Assembly: GCA_002869165.1 (NCBI GenBank) | Contig: PKTK01000003.1 | Coordinates: forward strand, 20,195 to 84,194 | Reading direction: 5' to 3' | Origin: Candidatus Parcubacteria bacterium | GTDB lineage: Bacteria > Patescibacteriota > Patescibacteriia > Patescibacteriales > UBA12075 | DNA: 64,000 nucleotides | Notes under the pieces: generated by a model | What the model saw: only the letters and a program-made list of their open reading frames with translations | What the model was told of the DNA's origin: nothing | Database searches by the model: none | Translations under genes and position numbers: made by a program | Part shown: positions 35,164-44,281 of the stretch, piece after piece | Numbering within the stretch: position 1 is the stretch's first letter | How the letters are laid out: each line of letters opens with the position of its first letter

Positions 35164-36207
35164 ATGAGTTTATTTCCTAGTTCAAATAATTATATTGGGA
35201 TAGATATTGGAAGCACAAGTATCAAGATAGTAGAGCTGAAAAAAGAAAAGAATCAACTTAGGTTAGCAAACTATGGTTTTTCTGAACACATTGAAGCTAT
35301 TAAATTAGAGAATCTAGAAAAAGTTGATCCAGTAGTTAAGATCATAAAAGACATTATTAAAAAAACAGGAATTCAGTGCGAGGATGCTTATTCTTCATTA
35401 CCTACATTTTCAGTTTTTACTTCAATAATAAACCTGAGTAATGTTAGTGAAAAGGATTTGGAATCAGCTATTCATTGGGAGGCTAAGAAAGTTATTCCTT
35501 TGCCGCTTGAACAAATGATCCTTGATTGGAAAAAAGTGGAAAATGCACCAGATTCTCCTCCGGGCAACCATCGGGTTTTGCTAACCGGCGCACCAAAAAT
35601 ACTGGTAGGAAAATATATAGATGTTTTTAAGGCAACAGAGTTAAGGTTGCGTAGTATCGAAACTGAAACTTTTTCTTTAATCAGGTCTTTGCTTGGTGGA
35701 GACAAAACCACTACTATGATTGTTGAGATTGGAGCAAGTACCACAGACGTTTCCATAGTTGACAAAGGAATACCAATGCTTAATAGAAGTGTGGATATAG
35801 GTGGAGATACTATTACCAACGCAATTAGGACTAGATTGAATGTAACAATGGAGCAAGCTGAACAGTTTAAATTTGATATGGGAATATCAGATGATGAAAC
35901 AGCTGGAAATACAGCACCAAAGATCGTAAATGATACTTTTGCGCCAATTATCAATGAAATTAAATACGCCATGGAATTATATAGTAACAAATATAATTCA
36001 AAAACTGAGAAAATAATTCTATCAGGAGGTTCGGCATTACTACCAAATCTACCGGAGTATTTAAGCAGGGTTCTTGATAAGAAGGTAGTTATTGGTAATC
36101 CCTGGTCACATGTATCTTGCCAAGAAGATCTAAAACCGCTACTTGATGAGATAGGACCAAGAATGTCAGTGGCAGTTGGTTTGGCAATGTATGGTTTCGG
36201 AAATTAA
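35164..36207 (+). CDS. pilM: Type IV pilus assembly protein PilM
   Basis: Actin-like ATPase N-terminus IGIDIGSTSIKIVELKK, about 350 aa, first gene of the pilus cluster. Confidence 0.85.
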   Translation: MSLFPSSNNYIGIDIGSTSIKIVELKKEKNQLRLANYGFSEHIEAIKLENLEKVDPVVKIIKDIIKKTGIQCEDAYSSLPTFSVFTSIINLSNVSEKDLESAIHWEAKKVIPLPLEQMILDWKKVENAPDSPPGNHRVLLTGAPKILVGKYIDVFKATELRLRSIETETFSLIRSLLGGDKTTTMIVEIGASTTDVSIVDKGIPMLNRSVDIGGDTITNAIRTRLNVTMEQAEQFKFDMGISDDETAGNTAPKIVNDTFAPIINEIKYAMELYSNKYNSKTEKIILSGGSALLPNLPEYLSRVLDKKVVIGNPWSHVSCQEDLKPLLDEIGPRMSVAVGLAMYGFGN

Positions 36208-36236
36208 TATAACTTTATAAATATTAGATAAAAACA

Positions 36237-37328
36237 ATGGGGGAACTTAATTTTTTATCAAACAATTCAAGTGATGACAAAACTCCTGCTGCACCAGCTC
36301 CCAAACCAGAGAGTAATGGAGGCGGTCCAGCAATTACTGACGATAAGGAAAGAATAGAAAAAAGCAGGGAAGAAGTGCTTGAGATGATAGACAAAAACAA
36401 AAAAGACAAAAATGATAAAGCAAAAGAGGCTAAAAATACCAACAAGTCTTTTCTTGGTGGTTTTTTTGGTGGAAAAAATGAAAAACAAGAACCTGTAAAA
36501 GAGGGAACAGTTCCTGCACCTGTAAAAAAGGAGACCACAAAAGAACAAACAACAAATCTTGATAATGAGGCACCCAAGGCAAACCTTGAAGCTAGCATAG
36601 ATTCTCCTTATAAGAACTCTGGAAAACCTATACAAGACAATGGGCCACTAATTTTTTCTGGTAATTCATGGACAAACTCAGGAGTTCTAGAAACAAATCT
36701 CATTGACAAGAATGAATACAGCTTTTTTGATTTTGAAAGAAAATTTAAATTGGTTATGATTAGTATTTTAGGTACTATTGTTTTTGTAGGAGCGCTTTAT
36801 TTTTTGTTGTATGTTTACGAATACTACAATTTTAGTGTTTTGGAGAATAAAAAGGGAATTGTTGAGCGACACGAGAGAGATGTCTTAGCTATGGAGAAGA
36901 GGCCAGAGTATTCAGAAGCCAAACAATTTCAAAAGCATTTAGATACAGCAAAGTCCTTGTTATCAAATCATGTTTATTGGTCAAGCTTCTTTCAGTTAAT
37001 TGAGGAGGTTACGATTAAAGATATTTATTATACTGGAGGTTTTTCTGGTACAACAGACGGTCTTTATACTTTGAAAGCAAGAACTGATTCATATGAGTCA
37101 ATGAAAAATCAGTTAATAGTATTTTCCCAAGACGAAAGAATTTTAAGTGCTCGAACAACCGAAGTTGATGAATATGAAGAAAAAGAAGAGCAAACAAACG
37201 GAGGAGCTGACGGAGAGGAAACCCAGACTGTAGCTGAGGTGATAAAAGAATCTGGTATTGAATTTACAGTTGAGATAGAAATAGATCCTGAAATTTTTTA
37301 CAATATTATTACAAACGAAAGCGAATAA
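36237..37328 (+). CDS. PilN-like bitopic protein with a long low-complexity N-terminal extension
   Basis: Single TM (LVMISILGTIVFVGALYFLLYV) and its position after pilM. The antisense ORFs 36224-36598 and 36267-36635 are rejected. Confidence 0.5.
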   Translation: MGELNFLSNNSSDDKTPAAPAPKPESNGGGPAITDDKERIEKSREEVLEMIDKNKKDKNDKAKEAKNTNKSFLGGFFGGKNEKQEPVKEGTVPAPVKKETTKEQTTNLDNEAPKANLEASIDSPYKNSGKPIQDNGPLIFSGNSWTNSGVLETNLIDKNEYSFFDFERKFKLVMISILGTIVFVGALYFLLYVYEYYNFSVLENKKGIVERHERDVLAMEKRPEYSEAKQFQKHLDTAKSLLSNHVYWSSFFQLIEEVTIKDIYYTGGFSGTTDGLYTLKARTDSYESMKNQLIVFSQDERILSARTTEVDEYEEKEEQTNGGADGEETQTVAEVIKESGIEFTVEIEIDPEIFYNIITNESE

Positions 37329-37331
37329 TAT

Positions 37332-38024
37332 ATGAATCAAGTAAAAAACGAAAAAAAACAAGAAGCAACAGAAAAAGAGATTGGAAAAGCATCTCTTTTG
37401 ATGAGAAAATATTTGGATAAGTATTTTGGTTTTATAATACTTATTGGAGTTTTTTCTGTGCTGATTATCTCTTATTTTTTCTTGTTGTGGCCAAAATACA
37501 TTGAAATCACAACAGATATTAATAAATATAAAACAGAGATAGAAACTGAAGAAAAAGCAATAAAAAAATATGAAGATAGATTAGTAAAGTATAGAAATGA
37601 ATATGAGGCAATTGATGAATTAAATAAAGACAGAGTCAATGAAATGGTTGGTGAATCTCAGAAATTTCCTTCAATATATCAAAGCGATTTGTATATTTCT
37701 TTAACAGATTATATTTTAACAGAGGGTTTTAGTTTGATTGATATCAATATTGAACCTGTAGTACAAAATGTACAGCAAACTACTCAAAAAAGAGTTGTAA
37801 CAAAAAATAACACCGAAGAAACTGACAAGCTACCCGCTGGTGTAACCGAGGTTTCAATTAATATAGAATTAGAAGAGCTTAATTACGATGATTTTAAAAG
37901 ACTTTTAGTGCTACTTGAGAAAAAATTAAGACTAGTTGATGTAGTAGAGGTTGATTACACTACTTCAAAGGAGTCAGTAAAACTTTTTCTAAAAACTTAT
38001 TACTTTACTAATAGTATATTATAA
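37332..38024 (+). CDS. PilO-like bitopic protein
   Basis: Single TM followed by a coiled-coil segment; position in the cluster. Confidence 0.5.
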   Translation: MNQVKNEKKQEATEKEIGKASLLMRKYLDKYFGFIILIGVFSVLIISYFFLLWPKYIEITTDINKYKTEIETEEKAIKKYEDRLVKYRNEYEAIDELNKDRVNEMVGESQKFPSIYQSDLYISLTDYILTEGFSLIDINIEPVVQNVQQTTQKRVVTKNNTEETDKLPAGVTEVSINIELEELNYDDFKRLLVLLEKKLRLVDVVEVDYTTSKESVKLFLKTYYFTNSIL

Positions 38025-38026
38025 AT

Positions 38027-38329
38027 ATGGCTAAACCAAAAAAATCTGCAAGTTCAGTACTTTTGTCAATTTTTATTATGCTCGCTATTTCTTTGGGCGC
38101 AAGTTTTTGGTTTTTTCAGAATTTTATTTATCTAGAGGCAAAAACCAATTTTAAATTAACCATGGAAAAAAAGACTGTTATTAATGAAAAAAACAAAGAA
38201 TTAAAGGATTTTGACTTTGGATTATTCGATGGTGATAATTTCAAAGTTTTAAAAAAAGGTTATTGGGATGAATTTTTGGCAGAGGAAGTTGAGGTAAATA
38301 ATCCATATCCATTTAAAGAAGAATTATGA
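38027..38329 (+). CDS. Small bitopic pilus-cluster protein
   Basis: One TM. Its stop TGA overlaps the pilB start (ATGA). Confidence 0.5.
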   Translation: MAKPKKSASSVLLSIFIMLAISLGASFWFFQNFIYLEAKTNFKLTMEKKTVINEKNKELKDFDFGLFDGDNFKVLKKGYWDEFLAEEVEVNNPYPFKEEL

Positions 38330-40065
38330 TGAGCAATCAAGATTTGCTCGCTTTGCTTGTTGATAAGAAAATAATTGATGAAACTAAAGCCAAGATTTTG
38401 TTTGAGAAATCAAACAGTGAACAAAAAACGATTGAGGAAATAGTAGTAAATGATAAGATTATAGATGAAGAAGCGTTAACAGAGCTTAAGGCAAAGCACT
38501 ATTCTTTGCCTTATGTTAATTTAATAGAGGTCAAGATAACAGGTGAGTCGTTGAATACATTTACAAGTGAAGTATCGCAAAATTACAATATAGTATGCTT
38601 TGAGAATTTGAACAAACAGATCAAAGTCGGGATTTTGGATCCGGGTAATTTTAAGGCTATTGAAGCAATTGACTTTTTAGCCAAAGGGAATGGACTCAAG
38701 GTACAGTATTATTTGATTTCAAAAAAGAGCTTCAAAGAAGCTTTTAAACAATATAAGTCATTTTCCAAGGAAATTAATACAGCTTTAGAGAAAAGAAGAG
38801 ATGAGGGTGCCACTGATGATTCTAGCGATGAAGAAACCGTACAAGAAGCTAATGATATAACTAAAAGCGCTCCGGTGGTAAAGATTGTGTCAGTTATACT
38901 TCGTCATGCAGTTGAGGGTGGTGCCAGTGATATTCATATAGAACCAATTGACAAGGAATCAAGGGTTAGGTATAGGATTGATGGAATCTTGCATACATCT
39001 TTGGTTTTACCTAAGAATGTGCATAATTCAATCGTAGCCCGTGTGAAAGTTTTGTCTAATATGAAACTTGATGAAACCAGAATACCTCAGGATGGTAGGA
39101 TTAAAATGAAGGTTGGGGATAGGGCGGTTGATTTTCGTGTTTCAACCCTACCCTTAGTCGGTACTGAAAAAGTGGTGATGAGAATTCTTTATACTGATAA
39201 AGGTGCACCAAAGCTTGAAGAACTTGGTTATTTGGGAGAGCAGTTGAAAATTATTAATTCTTGTACAGAACAAACTGAAGGAATAATATTAGCAACCGTC
39301 CCGACCGGTTCTGGTAAATCAACAACTTTATTTTCATTAATCGGAATTTTAAATAAAGAATCGGTAAATATTTCTACCCTGGAAGATCCGGTGGAATATC
39401 AAATAAAAGGGATAAGTCAGTCACAGATTAAGCCTGAAATTGGTTATACTTTTGCTACCGGACTTAGGTCTTTTCTAAGACAAGACACGGATATTATAAT
39501 GGTGGGAGAGATTCGTGATGAAGAGACTGCTGAGTTGTCAATTCACGCAGCTTTGACGGGACATTTGGTTTTGTCTACGGTTCACACCACTAGTGCTTTG
39601 GGAGCAATTGCTAGGCTCAAGGATATGGATGTAGAGGAGTTTTTACTTGGCTCATCTTTGAATACGATTATTGCTCAGAGATTGGTTAGGCGGATTTGTT
39701 CTGATTGTAAAGAAGAGTATGAACCACCCCAAGAAGCTCTGGATGAAATCAAAGAAGAGCTTAAGGAGGTAGGTGATGATTATTTAAAATCATTGAAAGA
39801 AGATTTTGATTGGTCAAAAGTAAAATTTTATAAAGGAAAGGGTTGTTCTAATTGTGCTAACTCAGGTTACGGAGGTCGAATATGTGTTTCAGAAGTGATT
39901 GAAATTACTGATAATTTAAAAAGAATTTTACTTGAAGGAAAAAATATTTTTGAAGAGGATATTAAAAAAGAACAAAAGTATACAACTATTAAACAAGATG
40001 GTTTTATAAAAGTGTTGCTTGGCTACACTACAATGGAGGAAGTATTAAGAGTAATGAGAGATTAA
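38326..40065 (+). CDS. pilB: Type IV pilus assembly ATPase PilB (GspE family)
   Basis: T2SSE N-domain, Walker A PTGSGKSTT, GEIRD, and tetracysteine CSDC...CSNC. Confidence 0.9.
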   Translation: MMSNQDLLALLVDKKIIDETKAKILFEKSNSEQKTIEEIVVNDKIIDEEALTELKAKHYSLPYVNLIEVKITGESLNTFTSEVSQNYNIVCFENLNKQIKVGILDPGNFKAIEAIDFLAKGNGLKVQYYLISKKSFKEAFKQYKSFSKEINTALEKRRDEGATDDSSDEETVQEANDITKSAPVVKIVSVILRHAVEGGASDIHIEPIDKESRVRYRIDGILHTSLVLPKNVHNSIVARVKVLSNMKLDETRIPQDGRIKMKVGDRAVDFRVSTLPLVGTEKVVMRILYTDKGAPKLEELGYLGEQLKIINSCTEQTEGIILATVPTGSGKSTTLFSLIGILNKESVNISTLEDPVEYQIKGISQSQIKPEIGYTFATGLRSFLRQDTDIIMVGEIRDEETAELSIHAALTGHLVLSTVHTTSALGAIARLKDMDVEEFLLGSSLNTIIAQRLVRRICSDCKEEYEPPQEALDEIKEELKEVGDDYLKSLKEDFDWSKVKFYKGKGCSNCANSGYGGRICVSEVIEITDNLKRILLEGKNIFEEDIKKEQKYTTIKQDGFIKVLLGYTTMEEVLRVMRD

Positions 40066-40070
40066 AAAAT

Positions 40071-40457
40071 ATGCCAAAAGTCAAAGAAAAAATAAAAATT
40101 GCCTTAATCGAAGATGATCCGTATCTTTCAAGTATGTACGCAACTAAGTTCGAGCTTGAAGGTTACGAGGTTGTGACTGCTTCTGATGGAGAAAAGGGAC
40201 TAGCTTTGATTCAATCAAAGATACCAAACTTGATCTTACTTGATGTAATGATGCCAAAAATGAATGGTTTTGATGTGTTGGAAAGAATAAAAAAGGATGA
40301 TAAGACCAAGGATATTCCTGTGATCTTATTGACGAACTTAAATCAGAGTGATGAAGTTGAAAGAGGTATGAGAATGGGAGCGGTTGATTATTTGATAAAA
40401 GCGCATTTTTTGCCTTCTGAAGTGGTCGAGAAAGTTAAAATGGCTTTGGATACTTAG
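40071..40457 (+). CDS. Stand-alone CheY-like receiver domain protein
   Basis: DD...D (LILLDVMMP)...T...K receiver signature; 128 aa with no output domain. Confidence 0.85.
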   Translation: MPKVKEKIKIALIEDDPYLSSMYATKFELEGYEVVTASDGEKGLALIQSKIPNLILLDVMMPKMNGFDVLERIKKDDKTKDIPVILLTNLNQSDEVERGMRMGAVDYLIKAHFLPSEVVEKVKMALDT

Positions 40458-40476
40458 TATTTATAAATAATATAAA

Positions 40477-41676
40477 ATGTCGTTATATAAATATAAAGCA
40501 TTAAATGCTGAAAGACAACTTGTTGCTGGTTTAGTTGAGGCTGATGATGAAAACAGTGCAGCTGACGTGCTCCGTGAAAAGGGCTTGTCTTTGGTTGCTT
40601 TAAAACAAAAATCAGCTATTGATTGGAATAATTTAAGTTTTGGCGGAGTTAGAGCCAAGGAGATTGTGGTGTTTTCTCGACAATTTTCTGTTTTGGTTTC
40701 TGCTAATGTGGCCTTAGTTCATGCTTTGAAGTTATTGGTCAGTCAAGTTAAAAATCCGAAATTTAAACAAATAATTTCTGAAATTGCCTCAGATGTTGAT
40801 GGTGGTTCTAGATTGTCAGATGCATTTTCAAAGTATCCCAAGATCTTTTCTAGTTTTTATGTGAATGTTATTAAGTCAGGTGAAACCTCAGGTAAATTAG
40901 ACGAAGTATTGAATTATCTAGCGGATGAGCTTGAGAAAGATTTTGATATGAATTCCAAAATCAAGGGAGCATTGATTTATCCAGCAGTTGTAGTTTCGGG
41001 ACTTGTGATAGTTGGTGGAGTTATGATGGCTTTTGTTGTACCTCAGTTAACTGAGGTGATTGTTTCATCGGGTGGTGAGCTCCCACTTCCTACCAAGATA
41101 TTGGTTGCAGTTTCAGGTTTTATGCAATCGTACTGGTGGTTGATGATTTTGGGTTTTCTTGGGACAGCTTTTGGTTTAGGCGCTTTTATTGCCAAGCCAA
41201 CTGGCAAGATGATGTTTGATGCTTTTAAACTGAAGTTACCAATTTTTGGCTATCTTTTCAAGCTTATATACGTAGTACGTTTTACGCGTAGTATGAATAC
41301 TTTAATTGTTGGCGGGGTTAGTATTTCCCGAGCTCTGGAGATTACCTCTGATGTTGTTAGTAATGAGGTTTTTAAGGCTTTGATAGTGCAAACCAAGCAA
41401 CAAGTTGAGGATGGTAATTCTATATCAAGCGTATTCAATGATAGTCCGCACATTCCCATGATGGTTCCTCAGATGATGACGATTGGTGAAAAAACCGGTA
41501 AGCTTGATCAGATTTTGTCAAAGATTACAGATTTTTATACTAGAGAAATTAATAATATTATAGCTAATTTAATGACCCTCATGGAACCAATCGTTATTAT
41601 TATAATCGGGGTTGGTGTGGGAACCATGGTAGCAGCTATTATTTTGCCAATGTATCAGATGGCGGACAGCTTTTAA
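40477..41676 (+). CDS. pilC: Type IV pilus platform protein PilC (GspF family)
   Basis: Two GspF repeats and 3 TM segments, about 400 aa. Confidence 0.9.
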   Translation: MSLYKYKALNAERQLVAGLVEADDENSAADVLREKGLSLVALKQKSAIDWNNLSFGGVRAKEIVVFSRQFSVLVSANVALVHALKLLVSQVKNPKFKQIISEIASDVDGGSRLSDAFSKYPKIFSSFYVNVIKSGETSGKLDEVLNYLADELEKDFDMNSKIKGALIYPAVVVSGLVIVGGVMMAFVVPQLTEVIVSSGGELPLPTKILVAVSGFMQSYWWLMILGFLGTAFGLGAFIAKPTGKMMFDAFKLKLPIFGYLFKLIYVVRFTRSMNTLIVGGVSISRALEITSDVVSNEVFKALIVQTKQQVEDGNSISSVFNDSPHIPMMVPQMMTIGEKTGKLDQILSKITDFYTREINNIIANLMTLMEPIVIIIIGVGVGTMVAAIILPMYQMADSF

Positions 41677-41723
41677 TTTTTAGTTTATAGGAATTAGCTG
41701 GTAGTTTTTAGGTGAATATTTTT

Positions 41724-41840
41724 GTCATCCTGGGGCTAGAAGTGGAGCGAATGTGGAACTTCTAGAACTCGGGATCCATTATAGATAGCACGATGAATCC
41801 CGGGTTCTCTTCCGCTCCGCTTCAGAGCCCCAGGGAGACA
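41724..41840. repeat. 117-bp G+C-rich nested inverted-repeat element
   Basis: The outer arms GTCATCCTGGGGCTAGAAGTGGAGCGA and TCCGCTCCGCTTCAGAGCCCCAGGGAGAC pair imperfectly. Inner arms are CTCGGGAT / ATCCCGGG. Confidence 0.75.
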
Positions 41841-41921
41841 AAGGAAAATTTATCTTTTCATTTTATTTTAATTTTTTCCCATTATATGCTATAATGGGGA
41901 TAAGTATAAATAGACTATAGA

Positions 41922-41990
41922 GCACAGATAACAGATAACAGGAAATTTATTATTAGATTTTCTGTTATCTGTCGTCTGTTATCTGTTATC
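41922..41990. repeat. ORF-less long hairpin with (ACAGATA)n-type arms in the pilin 5' leader
   Basis: GCACAGATAACAGATAACAGGA, 17 nt, then TCTGTTATCTGTCGTCTGTTATCTGTTATC. Confidence 0.7.
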
Positions 41991-42072
41991 TTTTAATAAT
42001 TAATCCTCATTTTTGTTGGTTTAATTTCTAGAATTAAGCTAATAAGCGTGTTTTTTAGAAAGGTGGTGAAAT

Positions 42073-42549
42073 ATGAAAAACACTAATCAAAAAGGTTTTA
42101 CCTTAATCGAGCTACTAGTTGTTATCGCTATCATTGGTTTACTTTCAACCATGGCTGTGATCTCACTAAACTCAGCTCGTGCTAAAGCTAGAGACGCTAG
42201 ACGTCTATCTGATGTTAAACAATTATCAACTATGCTTTCACTAGAAGCTGCTGATAATCCAAATGCTCCTTTAGAAGGTTGTGACACAGCTAATGATCTA
42301 ACAACTGATTGTACAGGACCTGGCCAAATAACATCTGAATTTTCAAAGTTTGAAGATCCAACTACTCCAGATACACAATGTACTGATCCAGCTGTGGGTG
42401 ATGTTACTACATGTGGTTATTCAATTGTTAATTCAGCGTCAACAGTGGGTGCTACAACTACTCAGATTAGATTTTATTTGGAAAATGATTCAGGTGGTTT
42501 GTCTGCCGGTTTAAACACAATTAACTCAGAAGGTATTTTTAATCCATAA
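42073..42549 (+). CDS. Type IV pilin (major pilin candidate)
   Basis: Class III signal MKNTNQKG|FTLIELLVVIAIIG. AAGGTGG SD; terminator after the stop. Confidence 0.9.
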   Translation: MKNTNQKGFTLIELLVVIAIIGLLSTMAVISLNSARAKARDARRLSDVKQLSTMLSLEAADNPNAPLEGCDTANDLTTDCTGPGQITSEFSKFEDPTTPDTQCTDPAVGDVTTCGYSIVNSASTVGATTTQIRFYLENDSGGLSAGLNTINSEGIFNP

Positions 42550-42621
42550 TCAGATTTGATATAAGAAAAACAAAAAACTGCCCAATTTGAGCAGTTTTTT
42601 GTTTTTTTTGTGCTACTCTAC

Positions 42622-42686
42622 GTGTTATCCTGAACGAAAGTGAAGCCCGCCTAACCGGACGGGCTTCACTTCGTTCAGAATAACAC
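42622..42686. repeat. 65-bp G+C-rich hairpin element
   Basis: The arms GTGTTATCCTGAACGAAAGTGAAGCCCG and CGGGCTTCACTTCGTTCAGAATAACAC are complementary apart from one indel and one mismatch. Confidence 0.8.
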
Positions 42687-42843
42687 AAAAGAAGACGGTA
42701 GTACTTGAAATAAGTTGATAATATACTAGTTTAAAAATTATAAATAATAAAATCAAAAAGTGTTATGTGATATGTGCTGTGTTGTGTTGTGTGATTTATG
42801 ATATGTGTTTCATGATATGTGAAAAATGTGTTATAATATAAAT

Positions 42844-43341
42844 ATGTACAAAATGGAAATAAATAATAAAGGCTTTACTTTAATTGAGCTACTAGTTGTG
42901 ATTGCTATTATTGGCGTACTTTCAACATTTGCTCTTATTTCCTTGGTAAATGCAAGTGCCAGAGCTCGTGACTCTGAAAGACTCTCAGATGTAAACAATC
43001 TAGCCAAGGCGCTTAGTTTTGATGCGTCTAATAATTCAAGTGATAAAGTCATGTGTGGTATGGATCCATGCGGGGCAGGGGTTTTGACCAATCTAGCAAC
43101 AGCACCTGTTTTTGTGGCGTCTGAATTTCCCAAATTTCAAGACCCTAATTATAAAGCAGGCTCACCAAATCCATGTACAGTAACTTCAAATAGTAGATGT
43201 GATTATTCTTTTGCTTTTGATGGTGCCAATGCAAATGCCAATATTGGTAGTACTACTATTCTTTTTTGGTTAGAGGAAGACACTGGAACATTGAGTAAAG
43301 GCCTTAACAAAATAACTACTAGTGGAACCTTTAATCCATAA
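42844..43341 (+). CDS. Type IV pilin, second paralog
   Basis: ...NNKG|FTLIELLVVIAIIG. The ATG at 42844 lies 7 nt after the extended -10 TGtTATAAT (42829-42837), so the mRNA may be leaderless. An alternative start is at 42853. Confidence 0.8.
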   Translation: MYKMEINNKGFTLIELLVVIAIIGVLSTFALISLVNASARARDSERLSDVNNLAKALSFDASNNSSDKVMCGMDPCGAGVLTNLATAPVFVASEFPKFQDPNYKAGSPNPCTVTSNSRCDYSFAFDGANANANIGSTTILFWLEEDTGTLSKGLNKITTSGTFNP

Positions 43342-43352
43342 TTTTTAAATAT

Positions 43353-43811
43353 ATGAATGACTACGATCAAACAGAGTCTAAGATAAATTGGCGTCAAGCA
43401 ATTGTTTTGCTTGCTATTACGTCATTTTTTGCTATTGCTGCCAGTTTTATGATTATGAATGCTCGCAAGGAGACTAGGGATGTAAAGCGAATAGCAGATA
43501 TTCGGGCAATCCAGCATGCGCTTGAGTTATATTTTTATGACTGCAACCACTATCCTAGTTCAGTTGAAGCAGGAGGTTCTATTTCGTCAGTCAATCAATG
43601 TCAGGGGAATGTTTATATGGAATCCGTTCCGATTGATCCTAATTTTATAGTCTACTCTTATCTTCCTTGCAAGGATGAGGCAGGCACCGATTGTGAAGCC
43701 GGACTTAGCCAGCCATTATAATATCAGTTGTATTACGAACTAGAATCAGATACAGAAAGCGTCTTGGCAGGCAGACACGTGGCTATGCCAGGGAAGTTAG
43801 CAGCTAAATAA
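43353..43811 (+). pseudogene. Pilin-like protein interrupted by an in-frame TAA (43719-43721)
   Basis: A TM helix followed by ARKETRDVKRIADIRAIQHALELY parallels the two pilins. After the TAA the frame reads YQLYYELESDTESVLAGRHVAMPGKLAAK*, which aligns with the pilin C-termini (TQIRFYLENDSGGLSAGLNTINSEG). Confidence 0.55.
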
Positions 43812-43821
43812 AATTATTAAT

Positions 43822-44266
43822 TTATAATTTGTAATTTTTAAACAATTTATAATGATTTAATTTTAAGCTTATATGAAATATGATTTGGAGGAAAGAACGA
43901 TAATGTTTAGTAAATCTGTTATTAGACTTCTTAAAAACATAAGACTAAATGAATATAATAGAAATATAATTAGTCAATTGATTCGATCAGCAACAAGTGT
44001 TGGTGCAAATTATTGTGAAGCAAATGGCGCTAGCAGCAAAAAGGATTTTAGAAATAAAATATATATTTGCAAGAAAGAAATAAAAGAAACAAGATATTGG
44101 ATAGAAATATTAGCAGAAATTAATTGTGAAGAAAAAAAGAAGTTGAGGATAATTTGGAGCGAAGCGCATGAATTAACTTTGATATTTAATAAGATATCAA
44201 ATTCATTAAAATAGATAAATTTATAAATTTGGAAATTAATAATTGTTTAAAAATTACAAATTATAA
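43822..44266 (+). other. Inverted-repeat-bounded module carrying a four-helix-bundle gene
   Basis: Perfect 26-bp inverted repeat: TTATAATTTGTAATTTTTAAACAATT (43822-43847) and AATTGTTTAAAAATTACAAATTATAA (44241-44266). The module fills the gap between the pilin-like gene and pilD. Confidence 0.75.
43873..44214 (+). CDS. Four-helix-bundle protein (23S rRNA intervening-sequence protein / Avd-fold family)
   Basis: YDLEERT...QLIRSATSVGANYCEA...KKDF...KKEIKETRYWIEIL matches the family pattern. Confidence 0.8.
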   Translation: MKYDLEERTIMFSKSVIRLLKNIRLNEYNRNIISQLIRSATSVGANYCEANGASSKKDFRNKIYICKKEIKETRYWIEILAEINCEEKKKLRIIWSEAHELTLIFNKISNSLK

Positions 44267-44281
44267 ATTATAAATTTTTAA

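Noticed and set aside
36224-36635. Two long minus-strand ORFs (124 and 122 aa) antisense to the PilN-like gene, and similar antisense ORFs across the pilus, ligA, gatA and recG genes
   Set aside because: Their translations are low-complexity and lack expression signals, and they overlap well-supported sense genes.
41922-42830. CRISPR array or other spaced-repeat array in the low-complexity repeats near the pilin genes
   Set aside because: The repeats are inverted hairpin arms or 10-nt direct repeats with irregular spacing. There are no repeat-spacer units and no cas genes.
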